A stretch of DNA of 63,137 nt, counting the filler. It is 5 parts of 5 records of this genome, joined end to end, with 100 filler letters (N's around TTAATTAATTAA, not from the genome) between each part and the next. Parts side by side here need not be neighbours in the genome. Positions count along the whole stretch, not along the records: positions 14,537 to 35,315 come from SRR20825014_156; 4 more parts are not named here. One strand, given 5' to 3'. Made by a program: the position numbers and the translations under genes. Every line of letters starts with the position of its first letter. Position 1 is the stretch's first letter. The notes beneath the pieces are model-generated. The model was not told where the DNA came from and made no database searches. It worked only from the letters and a program-made list of their open reading frames with translations. This document shows, piece after piece, positions 20,917 through 31,645 of the stretch.

Positions 20917-22077
20917 TCAAGGATCGCGCACGCAGTCGAGCGTGAGCTCGATGCGCTCGCCAGCATCGACCATCTCGAAGTCAGTGACCTCCAGCGCCCT
21001 CAGATCGTGCGGCCCGAGCAGTCCCTCCCATTTGTTCTGTGTGAAGCGATCGCTCTGCGCTGTCCACAGGATCTGGCCACCGTCAGAGAGCAACATCCCA
21101 TACTTCTGCAGCGCCCGCGCGACAACGCGCGCGCCCTCGTTCGGGAGATCTTCGAGCGGGTAATCCGCGCGCAGGCGTAACCTCGCTCCATAAGGGGGCG
21201 TGTCAGGTCCGCCGCTGGCAGCCCTTGTCCCATGCGTGGCGGGGTGCACATACTCGCCAGCGCGGATGCGATCGTTGGGCAGGATAAAGCGCAGCGCATG
21301 TCGAATCTCGCCAGCGGCGACCTCGTCTGCGGTAAACAACAGCGGCGCGATCGGGTAACCGGCCGCGTCCGCGCTCGTGCACTGCTCGCCGCGACCCGTT
21401 GGTGGATAGACCCGATCCAGATCCCAGACCGCCAGACAACCCCCAAGGAAGACATCCCCGCGAATGTCAGCGCGCCACATCTCGTAGAGTTGGTTCGTGG
21501 GTTCATGCAACACGATCAGGTGGCAATCACCGTCCCCCTCGCAAGCATAACCCTCCTCCCCTTCGAGCGCGCCCTCTTCGGGCACAGGCATCTCCTGGAG
21601 GTCGCAGTCCGGCGTAAAAAACGCACTGGTGGGTTCGAACTCGCGAAAGGGGGTGTCCTCGTCCGCGCGCAACACCTCGAGCGAGAAGTCGATCTGCGCG
21701 CGTCCTCCGTTGCCCCAACCTCCTCGCGCGGCCAGGCCCGCGATGACGGCGTCCGATTCGGGGTCCTTTGGCGCGTCCGAGATATCGCGATACCAGACCG
21801 CTTCGGGCGGAAAATAACCCGTGGGCGAGCCGCTCTGGGTGTTGGGTGAGCCCCCATCATCAGCGACAGTCATATCCGTCATACCGCTCATGTCGAGCTC
21901 GGGTTCCGGGCTCATATCAGCCGTGACGTTCATATCGACCATGACGCTCATGTCATCCATGGCGTTCATATCCGTCAAAGTGGCTGGTGGGGTCGTGCTC
22001 GGATCTGAAGGCTCCGTCGTATCGCATCCTGACGCGACCATGAGCGCCAAAAAGGCCAGCGTGAGTCGTGTGTGCAC
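20917..22077 (-). CDS. Hypothetical lipoprotein
   Basis: GTG start with GAGG RBS; lipobox ASGC; Asp-Met linker; globular domain GDCH..LYEMW..ADAAG..HALRF..PPYGARLRL. Confidence 0.75.
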   Translation of the reverse strand: MHTRLTLAFLALMVASGCDTTEPSDPSTTPPATLTDMNAMDDMSVMVDMNVTADMSPEPELDMSGMTDMTVADDGGSPNTQSGSPTGYFPPEAVWYRDISDAPKDPESDAVIAGLAARGGWGNGGRAQIDFSLEVLRADEDTPFREFEPTSAFFTPDCDLQEMPVPEEGALEGEEGYACEGDGDCHLIVLHEPTNQLYEMWRADIRGDVFLGGCLAVWDLDRVYPPTGRGEQCTSADAAGYPIAPLLFTADEVAAGEIRHALRFILPNDRIRAGEYVHPATHGTRAASGGPDTPPYGARLRLRADYPLEDLPNEGARVVARALQKYGMLLSDGGQILWTAQSDRFTQNKWEGLLGPHDLRALEVTDFEMVDAGERIELTLDCVRDP

Positions 22078-22214
22078 AGCATCCTCGTCGATGTGGGGGT
22101 CTCGTACGTGACCTTTCGAACATGAACGAAGAGCGCTCACATCACAACTCCGTAGCGACGCGAGCGCTCTTCGAGAGGGTGTTGACCAGGCAAGCAGCGC
22201 GAGGGGTTGCATAC

Positions 22215-22251
22215 AAAAAAAGCCCCCTTTGGCGACGCGCCAAAGGGGGCT
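22215..22251 (-). terminator. Rho-independent terminator
   Basis: AGCCCCCTTTGGCG / CGCCAAAGGGGGCT stem; A7 on plus strand is a U tract on minus. Confidence 0.85.
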
Positions 22252-22270
22252 CTGGAGCCATAATCAGAAA

Positions 22271-23698
22271 TCACTGGCACGCGCCGTACTCGATGGTCAG
22301 CACAGGAGCCGTGGCGGGGTCGTTCGAGCCAAAGAAGTAGACGTAGCGATAGTTCGGCGTGTTCTCGCGCGTTCCGATCGTGATGTTGCTGGTGTTAAAC
22401 TCCGAGGCCCAATCGTGAGCGTTCACATCGATCGCGAAGTCGGCGGCGGTGGCCCCGGACGGGAAGCTGGTGTAGCCCCCCGAGACGACGCGATCCACGG
22501 TCAGGTTTTGGTTGGTGGCGGAGGCTCGCGTCCAACCATCAAGATCGCTCTGCACGATCTCCATGACGGGGTTGCTGTACGGCGAGCCGAACTGCGCCTC
22601 GTGGGTCAGCGTCAGCGTCATCGAGAAGACTTGATCGACTTTTCCGCTCAACTCCGCGGGGACATCGAAGCGAGCCCAACCGATGATATCGGTGCCATCC
22701 GAGCCGGTGTAAGCGCGGAAGCGGTTGTCCTGGATCGTGCCGCCGCTTTGACGAACGCTGACGGAATCAGCTGCGGTGAGCGTCACGGTGTCGAACGAGC
22801 AAGAAAGGCCGTTGCAGACAGTCGCGGTCGAATCGATCTCGCCAGCATCGAGCACGCCGTCGCCGTTATCATCCACGCCAGTGTTGATGCGCTGGCCGCC
22901 GCCAGGACAGGTCACGCCCTCTGGCTCGGGGACGATATCGATCAGCGAGGTCAGTCCATCCGTGCCATTCGTGCCATTCGTGCCATCCGTGCCATCTTGC
23001 CCGTCCTGGCCAGGATCGCCCTGGGGTCCTTGCTGCCCATCGGCGCCATCACACACATAGGAGACCTGATCGACCTCCATCGCCGAGAGCACGCCGTCGC
23101 CATCATCGTCGATGCCGACCTCGATCTTCTGGCCGCCATCGGCGCAGTTCGGGCCAGCGAGCTCCTCGGTCGTGTTCACCAAAGAGGTCGCGCCATCCTG
23201 CCCGTCCTGACCAACAGCACCATCCGCGCCGTTGCATACGAACGCCGTCGAGTCGATCTCCTCGGCGCTCAACGCGCCATCGCCATCATCATCGATGCCC
23301 GAGTCGACGCGTTGGCCGCCAGCGGCGCAGGTGTTGCCAGCGGGCTCCTCGGTGACAAGCAACAAGCTCGTCGCGCCGTCCTCGCCATTCTCACCCATGG
23401 TGCCATCCTGACCCGCGGGTCCCTCTGAACCAGCAGGCCCCGCGCAGACAGGCGTCTGACCATCGACCTCATCATCGTCCAACACACCGTTGGCGTTATC
23501 ATCGAGACCATGCTCGAGCTGGGTGCCTCCTGCGGGGCACACATCGCCAGGCTCGATCGTCGTGGTGCGCACGAGCGATGAGCGCCCATCGGCGCCTGCG
23601 GTGCCATCGACGCCATCCGCGCCATCATTGCCGCTACACCCGACGAGGAGCGCGATCATGGAGACAGAGAAGAGAATACGGTGATTGGTTGGTGACAT
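22271..23698 (-). CDS. Lipoprotein with four Cys-bracketed repeats separated by collagen-like Gly-X-Y segments
   Basis: Lipobox LVGC; 4x SL...C..GG....G.DD...G.L...E.D....VC; GQDGTDGTNG triplets. Confidence 0.82.
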   Translation of the reverse strand: MSPTNHRILFSVSMIALLVGCSGNDGADGVDGTAGADGRSSLVRTTTIEPGDVCPAGGTQLEHGLDDNANGVLDDDEVDGQTPVCAGPAGSEGPAGQDGTMGENGEDGATSLLLVTEEPAGNTCAAGGQRVDSGIDDDGDGALSAEEIDSTAFVCNGADGAVGQDGQDGATSLVNTTEELAGPNCADGGQKIEVGIDDDGDGVLSAMEVDQVSYVCDGADGQQGPQGDPGQDGQDGTDGTNGTNGTDGLTSLIDIVPEPEGVTCPGGGQRINTGVDDNGDGVLDAGEIDSTATVCNGLSCSFDTVTLTAADSVSVRQSGGTIQDNRFRAYTGSDGTDIIGWARFDVPAELSGKVDQVFSMTLTLTHEAQFGSPYSNPVMEIVQSDLDGWTRASATNQNLTVDRVVSGGYTSFPSGATAADFAIDVNAHDWASEFNTSNITIGTRENTPNYRYVYFFGSNDPATAPVLTIEYGACQ

Positions 23699-23802
23699 GA
23701 GTGTCCCTCGGTTCTGCAAATAAGAGCGTTGGTGGATTGAGAGCGAGTCTACAAGAGTCCCCTTTCGAGAAACAGCAAAACCTCGAAAATCAAGAGATGT
23801 CT

Positions 23803-23841
23803 AAAAAAAGCCCCCGATGGCGTGATGCCATCGGGGGCTTT
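23803..23841 (-). terminator. Rho-independent terminator
   Basis: AAAGCCCCCGATGGC / GCCATCGGGGGCTTT stem with A tract. Confidence 0.85.
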
Positions 23842-23930
23842 CCCTGGTCTCTTTTGCATGAGGCAAACCGCGATGTCCTACCAGCGATCTTATGGACACG
23901 ACTGCCCTCGATCGACGCGCCTCTCACATA

Positions 23931-24797
23931 TCAACCGTGCAAGAAGTCATCGAAGCTCCCCTCACCATACTCCTCTTCATCCAGCGCCGCGTCCTCCTCG
24001 ATCTGGTAGAGCTCGTCGATGAGCAGGTCCACGTCGACTTTATGCTCGGGCAATTCGAACTCGCCGGTCAACTTCACCCCCGGCGAGAGCTCGCCGCGCT
24101 CGTAGAGATCCCAGATCTCGTGGCCAAAGCGGAGCTTTTCGATGGGACGCCCCAGGATGAAGTGCCTGGTGACGTTGGCGACATCACGCAGAAAGATCTC
24201 TCGGGCGTGAGGGTTGCTCGAAGCCCCGATAGACTGCGGGAAGTCGATAATCACCGGGCCGTCTGCATCGAGCAGGATGTTGTAGACCGACAGGTCGGCG
24301 TGCACGACATCAGCGCACAACATCAGGACAACCTGATGCAGGATCTGGTCGAAGACCTGCGCGGCTTCCTCTGGCGAGAATTCGCAGTCCGCGATCCTTT
24401 GCGCGACGCCACCCTCGGGCGCCTCGACACACTCCATCACGAGGACGCCGTCGAGGAAGATGTGTGGCGTGGGTACGCGCACGCCCGCGTGATAGAGCTT
24501 GTAGATGGTGTCGGACTCGGCGTTGTTCCAGCTCTCCTCGTCACGCTCGCGCCCATAAGTGGAGCGCTTCTTCATCGCGCGGTTGTCACGCGAGTTTCGC
24601 ACCTTGCGCGCCTCCGTGTAGGAGGAGCGGTTGCGGAAGGAGCGCTTCTGCATGTTCTTGTAGACCTTGGCCGCGCGAAGTTCGCCATCGCTCTCCACGA
24701 GGTAAACGCGCGCTTCCTTGCCGCTCAGGAGCGGTCTGACGACGCGATCGATCACGCCGCACTCGATGAGGGGGGTCAGCCGTTTAGGCATTCGCAT
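23931..24797 (-). CDS. RIO1-like protein kinase
   Basis: SGKEA, AAKVYK, LVME, VHADLS.YNIL, IIDFPQ. Confidence 0.92.
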   Translation of the reverse strand: MRMPKRLTPLIECGVIDRVVRPLLSGKEARVYLVESDGELRAAKVYKNMQKRSFRNRSSYTEARKVRNSRDNRAMKKRSTYGRERDEESWNNAESDTIYKLYHAGVRVPTPHIFLDGVLVMECVEAPEGGVAQRIADCEFSPEEAAQVFDQILHQVVLMLCADVVHADLSVYNILLDADGPVIIDFPQSIGASSNPHAREIFLRDVANVTRHFILGRPIEKLRFGHEIWDLYERGELSPGVKLTGEFELPEHKVDVDLLIDELYQIEEDAALDEEEYGEGSFDDFLHG

Positions 24798-25175
24798 GTT
24801 CTATCTGTCCGGTTCGGGGCTCATGTTGGGAAAAGTATGGACGTTCGTTCCTTTGCACGGTCGCGTGTCCTCGAGGACACGCACGATGCTTTGCACAGGA
24901 ACTCCCCAGGACGCCAGCTTATTCTGATCGCGTCGAATCAAACGCGCTGCTTCCTCGGCATAGCATGACCCCGAGAGCGCGCGACGCGCTGACCTCTACA
25001 GGCAGCGAGCCTCGGCTCCATGGTGAACATGAAGTCCCGAGGAAGCAAACAATCGGAGTGCTCGTGTGTTGCTGCGTCGCGACGAGATACGGAACGGATG
25101 TCTCTTGACCAGCTTTTTACCCCCAAATACTTTTCCTGCTCATACCATCCGCACTCTCCACACGAGGATCACCCC

Positions 25176-26585
25176 GTGCACAAGGTCGAGCCCAAAGGTG
25201 CCACATTCGTCTTTTCAGGTTACGGATATCGGGAAGGCATGATCCGTAGCGAGATAGAACGGCTCGGTGCCTCGACGACGCGCCATGTGGATTCGGCGAC
25301 GACCTACCTGGTGTCCAAGGATGACACGACCGTCGAGCACCTCGACGCGCGAGTGAGAAAGATCCCCATCCTCAGCGACGAGGATCTTCAGCGCTTGCTC
25401 GCGGGGGAAGAGGTCGAGGTCGAGGAAGCCGACGCCGAGGAGGTGGACATCTTCGGTCAGCAGAGCCTGAATGACCTCCTCGGTGAAGTGCGAAGCGCCG
25501 CGCAGGGCGAGCCTTCGCCAGAACAGTGGCTCGCGCTGGTGCGGCTGTTGGATAAATGCCGTGAAGAGGAAGCACAATTCTTGACCGAATATGTCAACGC
25601 ACACACCTCGCGTTGGAGCGAGCACGCGATGAAGGATTTCATCGGTCACGCCGCAGACCTCCTCGATCCAGATGACGCGAACAACCCATCGGACAAGTAC
25701 CAGCGCTATATCCCCCACCTCGGTATCCCCGGAGAGCTCAGGGTCGCGCCCAAGCAGTGGAGCGATCAAATGGAGGTGAAGCTCGGCTCGCCGAAGTTCG
25801 AGATCGTGCGCGCGCTCTACCTCGATGGGAAGCGAGGCGCCGCTGTCGTCAAGGTGCTCAAACACCCATCGCTAAAGAACCTCGAGACGCTCTACACCGA
25901 CGCGCTCATGTCGAAGTCACTCGTCGAGGCGATATGTCGCATCCCCACGCTCGAACACCTCAGGATCGGCGAGATCAACCTGAAGACGGCGGAAGCCTTC
26001 GAGAAGGCGAGCAACAAGGCGGTGTGCAACCTTCGTATGCTCGACATCTCGAGGGTCAACCCTCCAAAGAAGCTCAAGAAAATCAATGAAATCTACGCCT
26101 TCACCAGGGCAGATCTCTTCGCCAACGTGGAGACACTTTGTGTGCCCAACGACAAGGAGAGCCTCGCGATCCTCAAGTTCCTGAAAGCTCGCGATGCCCT
26201 CCCTGCCGTGAACCACATCCACTTGACGGGCAATTACACACAACCAACGCTCTTGAGGCAGGTGCTCGACTACAAGCCATACAAGGCGCACCTCCAAAAG
26301 CTCAGCGCGGCGAACCTCTTTTACCAGCCAAAGAGAAAGGAGGATTGGGGCGACCTCTTTAACTACGATCCAGGCAGGCGCATCGAGCTGCTCGACCTGA
26401 GTCAGTTTGTCGGGGAGGACCACGTCGAGAAAGGTAAGGACCGCGAGACGTTGGAGATGTTCGACGACCTCCTCCCATCATCGGTGTTGCTCGAGCAGCT
26501 CGACGAGCTCGTGCTCGGCGCCTGGAAGACCGACGCGCTCACCGCAAAGCTCGCCAAGACGCATCCTCATCTCACCATCTCTTGA
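25176..26585 (+). CDS. BRCT-domain protein with C-terminal LRR-like region
   Basis: GATFVFSG..IERLGA..V...TTYLV..A....IPIL is BRCT-like; L..L..L units downstream; GAGG RBS before GTG. Confidence 0.65.
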   Translation: MHKVEPKGATFVFSGYGYREGMIRSEIERLGASTTRHVDSATTYLVSKDDTTVEHLDARVRKIPILSDEDLQRLLAGEEVEVEEADAEEVDIFGQQSLNDLLGEVRSAAQGEPSPEQWLALVRLLDKCREEEAQFLTEYVNAHTSRWSEHAMKDFIGHAADLLDPDDANNPSDKYQRYIPHLGIPGELRVAPKQWSDQMEVKLGSPKFEIVRALYLDGKRGAAVVKVLKHPSLKNLETLYTDALMSKSLVEAICRIPTLEHLRIGEINLKTAEAFEKASNKAVCNLRMLDISRVNPPKKLKKINEIYAFTRADLFANVETLCVPNDKESLAILKFLKARDALPAVNHIHLTGNYTQPTLLRQVLDYKPYKAHLQKLSAANLFYQPKRKEDWGDLFNYDPGRRIELLDLSQFVGEDHVEKGKDRETLEMFDDLLPSSVLLEQLDELVLGAWKTDALTAKLAKTHPHLTIS

Positions 26586-27529
26586 GCCTCGTACACTTCA
26601 GGCGCGGCCAAAAAGCGCTTCAGCTCTGAGAAGAAGAGTCCGGGGCATTCCTCCCAGGGGATGTGACCGCATCGCTCGATGATGACGCTTGCTCGCAGCG
26701 AGTTCGCGAGCGCGCTCGCGGCTTCCTCGGCCCCCTCCATACCGAAAGGATCGCTCGCGCCATGGAAGATAATGCTCGGCGCTCGCAGCTCGCTCAGTTG
26801 CTCGCGATAATCGAACTCGGCGGAGTTGCGATGGGTCGCCTCGAGGACATCCGCATTGCGGCTCGAGCCTCCGAGGTGCGTCGTATCCTCGTGTAACGGG
26901 TCATGAAAATAAGCAGGGAGGAGCGCGATAAGATCTGCCGTTCCATCATCATCGGCCACCTCGGGGAGTTCGGCAGGGATGTATCCCTGCGCGATGCGCT
27001 CCTCGATGCGGCGGTCGAAGGCATCGAACGTTCGATGCAATGTCTTCACGTCGGGAGCGAGGGTGTCCACGAGCACGAGCGCGGCGACGCGCTCGGGGTA
27101 TTTGGCAGCATACCCCATGCCGATCAAACCTCCCCACGAGTGCCCCAGGACAATCATCTGCTCGAGCGCGAAGTGCTCGCGCAAGACCTCGAGATCCTCG
27201 ACCTGATTTGTCAACGAGTGGTGCGGAGCATCCATCGGCGTGGAGGCTCCCACGCCGCGCTGGTCGAACACGACAACCTGGAGGTCTTCGCTGGCCAGGT
27301 CGAGGAATGCGCGCGTGTAATGATGCGAGAGACCTGGCCCTCCATGCAGCACGACGAGCGTGCGCGGCGCATTGGCGCCGCCATGTGCTTCGGCCAGAAT
27401 CACCGCGTCCTCGGTGATAGGAATCCTGGCAACCCTCGGGGCATCCTCTTCGACAAGGGAAGTGGTTGTAAGTGATGTCTTGTCCACGAGGTTCTCGAAA
27501 GGTGGCAGGTTTGGTGAGCGCTCCGTCAT
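26567..27529 (-). CDS. Alpha/beta hydrolase, proline iminopeptidase-like (start uncertain)
   Basis: HGGPG, DQRGVG, GHSWGG, G.SD, GH. Confidence 0.85.
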   Translation of the reverse strand: MTERSPNLPPFENLVDKTSLTTTSLVEEDAPRVARIPITEDAVILAEAHGGANAPRTLVVLHGGPGLSHHYTRAFLDLASEDLQVVVFDQRGVGASTPMDAPHHSLTNQVEDLEVLREHFALEQMIVLGHSWGGLIGMGYAAKYPERVAALVLVDTLAPDVKTLHRTFDAFDRRIEERIAQGYIPAELPEVADDDGTADLIALLPAYFHDPLHEDTTHLGGSSRNADVLEATHRNSAEFDYREQLSELRAPSIIFHGASDPFGMEGAEEAASALANSLRASVIIERCGHIPWEECPGLFFSELKRFLAAPEVYEAQEMVR

Positions 27530-27722
27530 CCCATTGTATAACACCGGAGCCTCATCGTTCACGGTCAACGTGACCGCCTGCTCTCTCGAACACGAACACG
27601 CCGTGATGGACCTGATGGGCACAAAGTCGAAGCGGCGATGGGCGGCGTGGGGTCATAAAAAGAGCCCGCCGGTTTGCGCCCTTTAGACCCGCCAGGACGT
27701 GCTGTTTATCGAGTGTTCCGAT

Positions 27723-28919
27723 CTAGGGAGCACACACTGCCGCGTCCAGGCGCAGCGAGATGGCTTCGGGCTCGCAGGGTTCCCAATCGATCGGCAGGCA
27801 GCCGTCCTTGATGGCGGTGCACGTACCGCCGGACTCGGGCCGTCCCCAGATCGTCCCCTCGGGGCCGGTGCAGAAACGACGCGCAGCGCAACCGGCGTAG
27901 ACAGGAGTATCCCACGCCATCGCCACGCCATCGGCGCTGAACGCGGCGTCGAACTGTGCGGAGAGCAGATTTGCGGCCTGAGCGCGGGCGATGTCGGTCG
28001 TGAGGGGGCGAGCCTCTTCGAACATGACGTGGGGCATCGAACCTGGAAGCAACTCGCCCTCGATCAAGGGGGGCGCATCCTCTGTGAGCCTTCGGTGGCC
28101 CTCGAACATCCCTTCCGCAAAACCCATGCTGCCCATGCGAGTCGAGGGCGAGGAACCGCCGACGCCACAATGACCATCGAGGGAGGAGGAGCCAGTCTCA
28201 TACGCATAGGTCGTGTCCGGTGAGACGGCGAGTCTTACCGTGCCAGTGAGGCGCATCTCGCGCACCTGCTCGAATTGCACTTGTGCCCCGAGCATCTCCA
28301 TGACGATGGTGTAATCGGCCTTCCAATACCGGGTGATGAGGTCATGGAGCGGACACATCTCTACGTAAGAGTACTCCTCGTAAGCGGTCAGGTCTTGCTG
28401 CAGGGTCGGACACAACGCGGGCATGGCGTCAACGACACGCTGGATATCGACGCCATACTTCGAGACACACTCGTCGTGAGCCTGGCACGCAGCCTCCTCG
28501 AGCCCCCGGCATGTTCGTAGTGGCGCAGTGAAGTCCTCCCCGGCATCACCCATATCGTTCGCGTCGGGAGGTCCCATATCATCGACGCCCATGTCGTCGG
28601 CATCCATATCGTCGACGTCCATATCATCGACATCCATGGCCATGTCGTCAGTGCCCATGCCCATATCACCGACGAGCACCTCCATATCGTCAGCGCCCTC
28701 CCCCAGGTCATCGAGGAGACCGGCGTCTTTCGACCCACCGAGATCCAGCTCGCCAGCGTCAGGATCTGCGAGGAGGTCGGGCGAGATGGTGCAGACACCG
28801 TCCTGCAAGACCGTCCCCGGGCCACACTCCACGTCTGCACCACCGCAGGACGCGAGGAGCAAAGCGAGCAACGCAGTGCCGAGCGTCGTGAACTCGAGCC
28901 TTCTCGGGAGTGAGTGCAT
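27723..28919 (-). CDS. Hypothetical lipoprotein with Asp-Met low-complexity linker
   Basis: Lipobox LASC; CGPGT..C; (DDM)n tract; Cys-rich C-terminus. Confidence 0.7.
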   Translation of the reverse strand: MHSLPRRLEFTTLGTALLALLLASCGGADVECGPGTVLQDGVCTISPDLLADPDAGELDLGGSKDAGLLDDLGEGADDMEVLVGDMGMGTDDMAMDVDDMDVDDMDADDMGVDDMGPPDANDMGDAGEDFTAPLRTCRGLEEAACQAHDECVSKYGVDIQRVVDAMPALCPTLQQDLTAYEEYSYVEMCPLHDLITRYWKADYTIVMEMLGAQVQFEQVREMRLTGTVRLAVSPDTTYAYETGSSSLDGHCGVGGSSPSTRMGSMGFAEGMFEGHRRLTEDAPPLIEGELLPGSMPHVMFEEARPLTTDIARAQAANLLSAQFDAAFSADGVAMAWDTPVYAGCAARRFCTGPEGTIWGRPESGGTCTAIKDGCLPIDWEPCEPEAISLRLDAAVCAP

Positions 28920-29091
28920 GTGAGGTTTCTCGGGGGATGATGGTTTGCTTGCGCGTCGTTTCTCGTAGGACGACAAAACTAACAACAAATCTACAAGAGC
29001 GCAATTTTTTGGAGTTATTTGAACTTGCTATCAGGAGGTCGGGTCGTCTGGCCCAAACACTCCTCGAAGGAGAATAAACAAACCATTTACG

Positions 29092-29134
29092 ACAAGAGAG
29101 CCCCGCTGGTTTTGCACCAGCGGGGCTCTCTTGT
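29092..29134 (-). terminator. Terminator-like hairpin after the acyl-CoA dehydrogenase gene
   Basis: ACAAGAGAGCCCCGCTGGT / ACCAGCGGGGCTCTCTTGT perfect inverted repeat. Confidence 0.7.
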
Positions 29135-29161
29135 TTCAGGCAAATCACCGAAGGACGAGGA

Positions 29162-30337
29162 TCACATCTCCTTGTAGATCTCGCGCGAGATAATCAGGCG
29201 CTGGATTTGCGAGGTGCCCTCGTAGATTTGGAAGATCTTGGAGTCGCGGTAGAGCTTCTCGACAGGTTGCTCCTTGGAGTAACCGTTGCCGCCGTAGACC
29301 TGGACGGCGTCGGTGGCGACCTTGGCGGCCATGTCCGCGGCGAACGCCTTGGCGAACGCGGCCTCCTTGGTGTTGCGCTTCTTCTGGTCGTGGAGGACGG
29401 CGGCCTTCCAGACGAGCAGGCGCGCGGCCTCGATGTTCATGGCCATCTCGGCGATCATGAAGCTGACGGCCTGGTGCCTCGCGATCGGCTTGCCAAACGT
29501 CTTGCGCTCGGTGGAGTACTGGCGCGCGTGCTCGTAGGCCGCGCGCGCGAGGCCTACAGCGGCGGCTGCGACGACGGGGCGCGACTTGTCGAACGCGCCC
29601 ATCGCCTGGAACCAGCCGGTGCCCTCGGCGCCGCCGAGGATGTTGTCCTTGTGAACGCGCACGTCCTCGAAGGTGATGCCGCGCGTATCACTGGCGCGCT
29701 GGCCCATGTTGTCTTCCTTGCGGCCGACCACGATTCCGGGCGTGTCCGCGGGGACGATAAAGCCGGTCATACCCTTGTAGCCTGCCTCGGGGTCGGTGTA
29801 GGCGAGCACGAAGTACCAGGACGCCTTGGACCCGTTGGTGATCCACATCTTCTGGCCGTTGATGACGTAGTGATCGCCATCCTTGACCGCGCGCGTCTTG
29901 ACGCCCTGGACGTCCGAGCCAGCGCCTGGCTCGGTCACAGCGTAGGCCGCCATGTGAGGGTTCCCGTTGCTGTCGACGGGGCCAGTGAGTTGGCCGAGGT
30001 ACTTTTGCTTTTGCTCCTCGGTGCCGTGCAGAATCACTGGCGAGATGGCGAGCTGGTTGGCCTCCATCGCCGTGCCGATGCCCGAGCATCCCCAGGCCAT
30101 CTCTTCTGCCAACAGGCACGCCTCGAAGCAGCCGAGCCCGATGCCGCCGTATTCAGCGGGAACCATCGAGTTCATCAACCCCAGCTCGTGCGCCTTCTTC
30201 AAGACCTCCCAGGGGAACTCGCCGGTGTGGTCGTGGTGCTCGGCCACAGGGCGCATGACATCACGCGCGAAATCGCGCGCGGTCTTTTGGTACATCTTCT
30301 GATCTTCACTCAGCTCGAAACCGATCATGGGCGTCAC
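29162..30337 (-). CDS. Acyl-CoA dehydrogenase (medium-chain type)
   Basis: [36 protein letters not shown]. Confidence 0.95.
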   Translation of the reverse strand: MTPMIGFELSEDQKMYQKTARDFARDVMRPVAEHHDHTGEFPWEVLKKAHELGLMNSMVPAEYGGIGLGCFEACLLAEEMAWGCSGIGTAMEANQLAISPVILHGTEEQKQKYLGQLTGPVDSNGNPHMAAYAVTEPGAGSDVQGVKTRAVKDGDHYVINGQKMWITNGSKASWYFVLAYTDPEAGYKGMTGFIVPADTPGIVVGRKEDNMGQRASDTRGITFEDVRVHKDNILGGAEGTGWFQAMGAFDKSRPVVAAAAVGLARAAYEHARQYSTERKTFGKPIARHQAVSFMIAEMAMNIEAARLLVWKAAVLHDQKKRNTKEAAFAKAFAADMAAKVATDAVQVYGGNGYSKEQPVEKLYRDSKIFQIYEGTSQIQRLIISREIYKEM

Positions 30338-30469
30338 TCCTGGTTGTTAAAAGTTGGCGCTCGCGGCATTCGCGACCGCGCCTTTGAAGTAAGCGCCTAC
30401 TTATATATCGCCAACATCCCCTGTGTCACGCGCATCTGCCATTCTGTTTGGCGCGAGCGCTGACGCCGA

Positions 30470-30575
30470 GCGAACCGAAGGGGGCGCGGCATTTGCCTGC
30501 GCGCGAAGAACCCGCGAACACCTGTGGCAAATGCCGCGCCCCCTTCGGTTCGCGGGCCACCCATGGGTGGTTCAC
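30470..30575 (+). repeat. Long-hairpin element, copy 1 (28-bp perfect stem plus small second hairpin)
   Basis: 30470-30497 is the exact reverse complement of 30526-30553; followed by GGGCCACCCATGGGTGGTTCAC. Confidence 0.85.
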
Positions 30576-30708
30576 CCGGACTCCACCAAAACGCAGCAGC
30601 GCATCAACGTCGCGCTGATACAAATCGGTTACGGGCTCGCCAGCGCAAAAGACCTCGTGGTATACAACGAGACCAGTGACTTTTGGAAACACATCGAAAG
30701 ATAGCCTC

Positions 30709-31500
30709 ATGAATCGCACCCCCGAATATACTCCCTGGGCCATCACGCTCCTGTCTGGCGTCGTGATCCTCGGCTCGATCCTGGGATGCGGCTTACTCGA
30801 TGACTCGGAGGAGGACGATGGCCCGAGGTGCGACTCCTGGAACGCGCAGTACATCCGGGTCGATGGCGATGTGAACCTCAGCATCGAGGCGATGGAGGAG
30901 TCGGTCAAAGAAGGCAGTGAGGGCGAAGAAGACACAGAAAACGACGCTGGCATCCCGGACAGCTCGGAGTGGCTCGTCGGCGTCTTCCAGGGCTCTGGCA
31001 ACGAGCTCTTCATCAAGGGATGTGTGCGCCGCCCCTCAGAATATGAAGACGAGGATGGCGACATCGCCGAAGTGCACTGGGAAGAGTGGCAGTTCTACTC
31101 GACCTGGCAATTCCGAGGTCCCGTGCACGAACCCACAAAGCTCTGGGCAGGCAAGCTCATCCCCGGCACCCCGAGCATGATCATCACCGTGCGCCAGTTC
31201 GCGCTCGGGGAGCAGGGGTGCAACTCCGATCCATGCCAGGGCGCTCGCGTCCAGGACCTGGAGTTCCACACCTCCGGGGTCAGCCGCGCCGAGGTCGAGG
31301 ACTATAACATCGACATCCTCAGGGCGAACGGCTGGGTGCTCGACGGCAGGGAAGAAGAACGACTCGATTTCGACTTCGACATCTCCTGGCAGCGGCCGGT
31401 CGGAAATATTGGCACAGAAGCGACCGATGATGACACCTCCTCGGAGACATCGAGCTTCTTGCTCGACACGAGCGAAGTCTCCCATCTCCCCATAGAATAA
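30709..31500 (+). CDS. Hypothetical lipoprotein, paralog of 34603-35268
   Basis: Lipobox ILGC; shared motifs RC.SW, IP..SEW, GCV.R, W.EW...STW.F, KLW.G, FDFD.SW. Confidence 0.8.
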   Translation: MNRTPEYTPWAITLLSGVVILGSILGCGLLDDSEEDDGPRCDSWNAQYIRVDGDVNLSIEAMEESVKEGSEGEEDTENDAGIPDSSEWLVGVFQGSGNELFIKGCVRRPSEYEDEDGDIAEVHWEEWQFYSTWQFRGPVHEPTKLWAGKLIPGTPSMIITVRQFALGEQGCNSDPCQGARVQDLEFHTSGVSRAEVEDYNIDILRANGWVLDGREEERLDFDFDISWQRPVGNIGTEATDDDTSSETSSFLLDTSEVSHLPIE

Positions 31501-31645
31501 GCCCCTCCCTCCACAACACCTCGCCACTTTCAAACCGTGGAACATGGATTGCAAACGAGTCAGTGAAGAGATCTGAACTCGAACCGAATCCACCGTCGCG
31601 CCGAGCTCGAGCCACGCGCGATGACCACAAGAGAGGGGCTCCATC

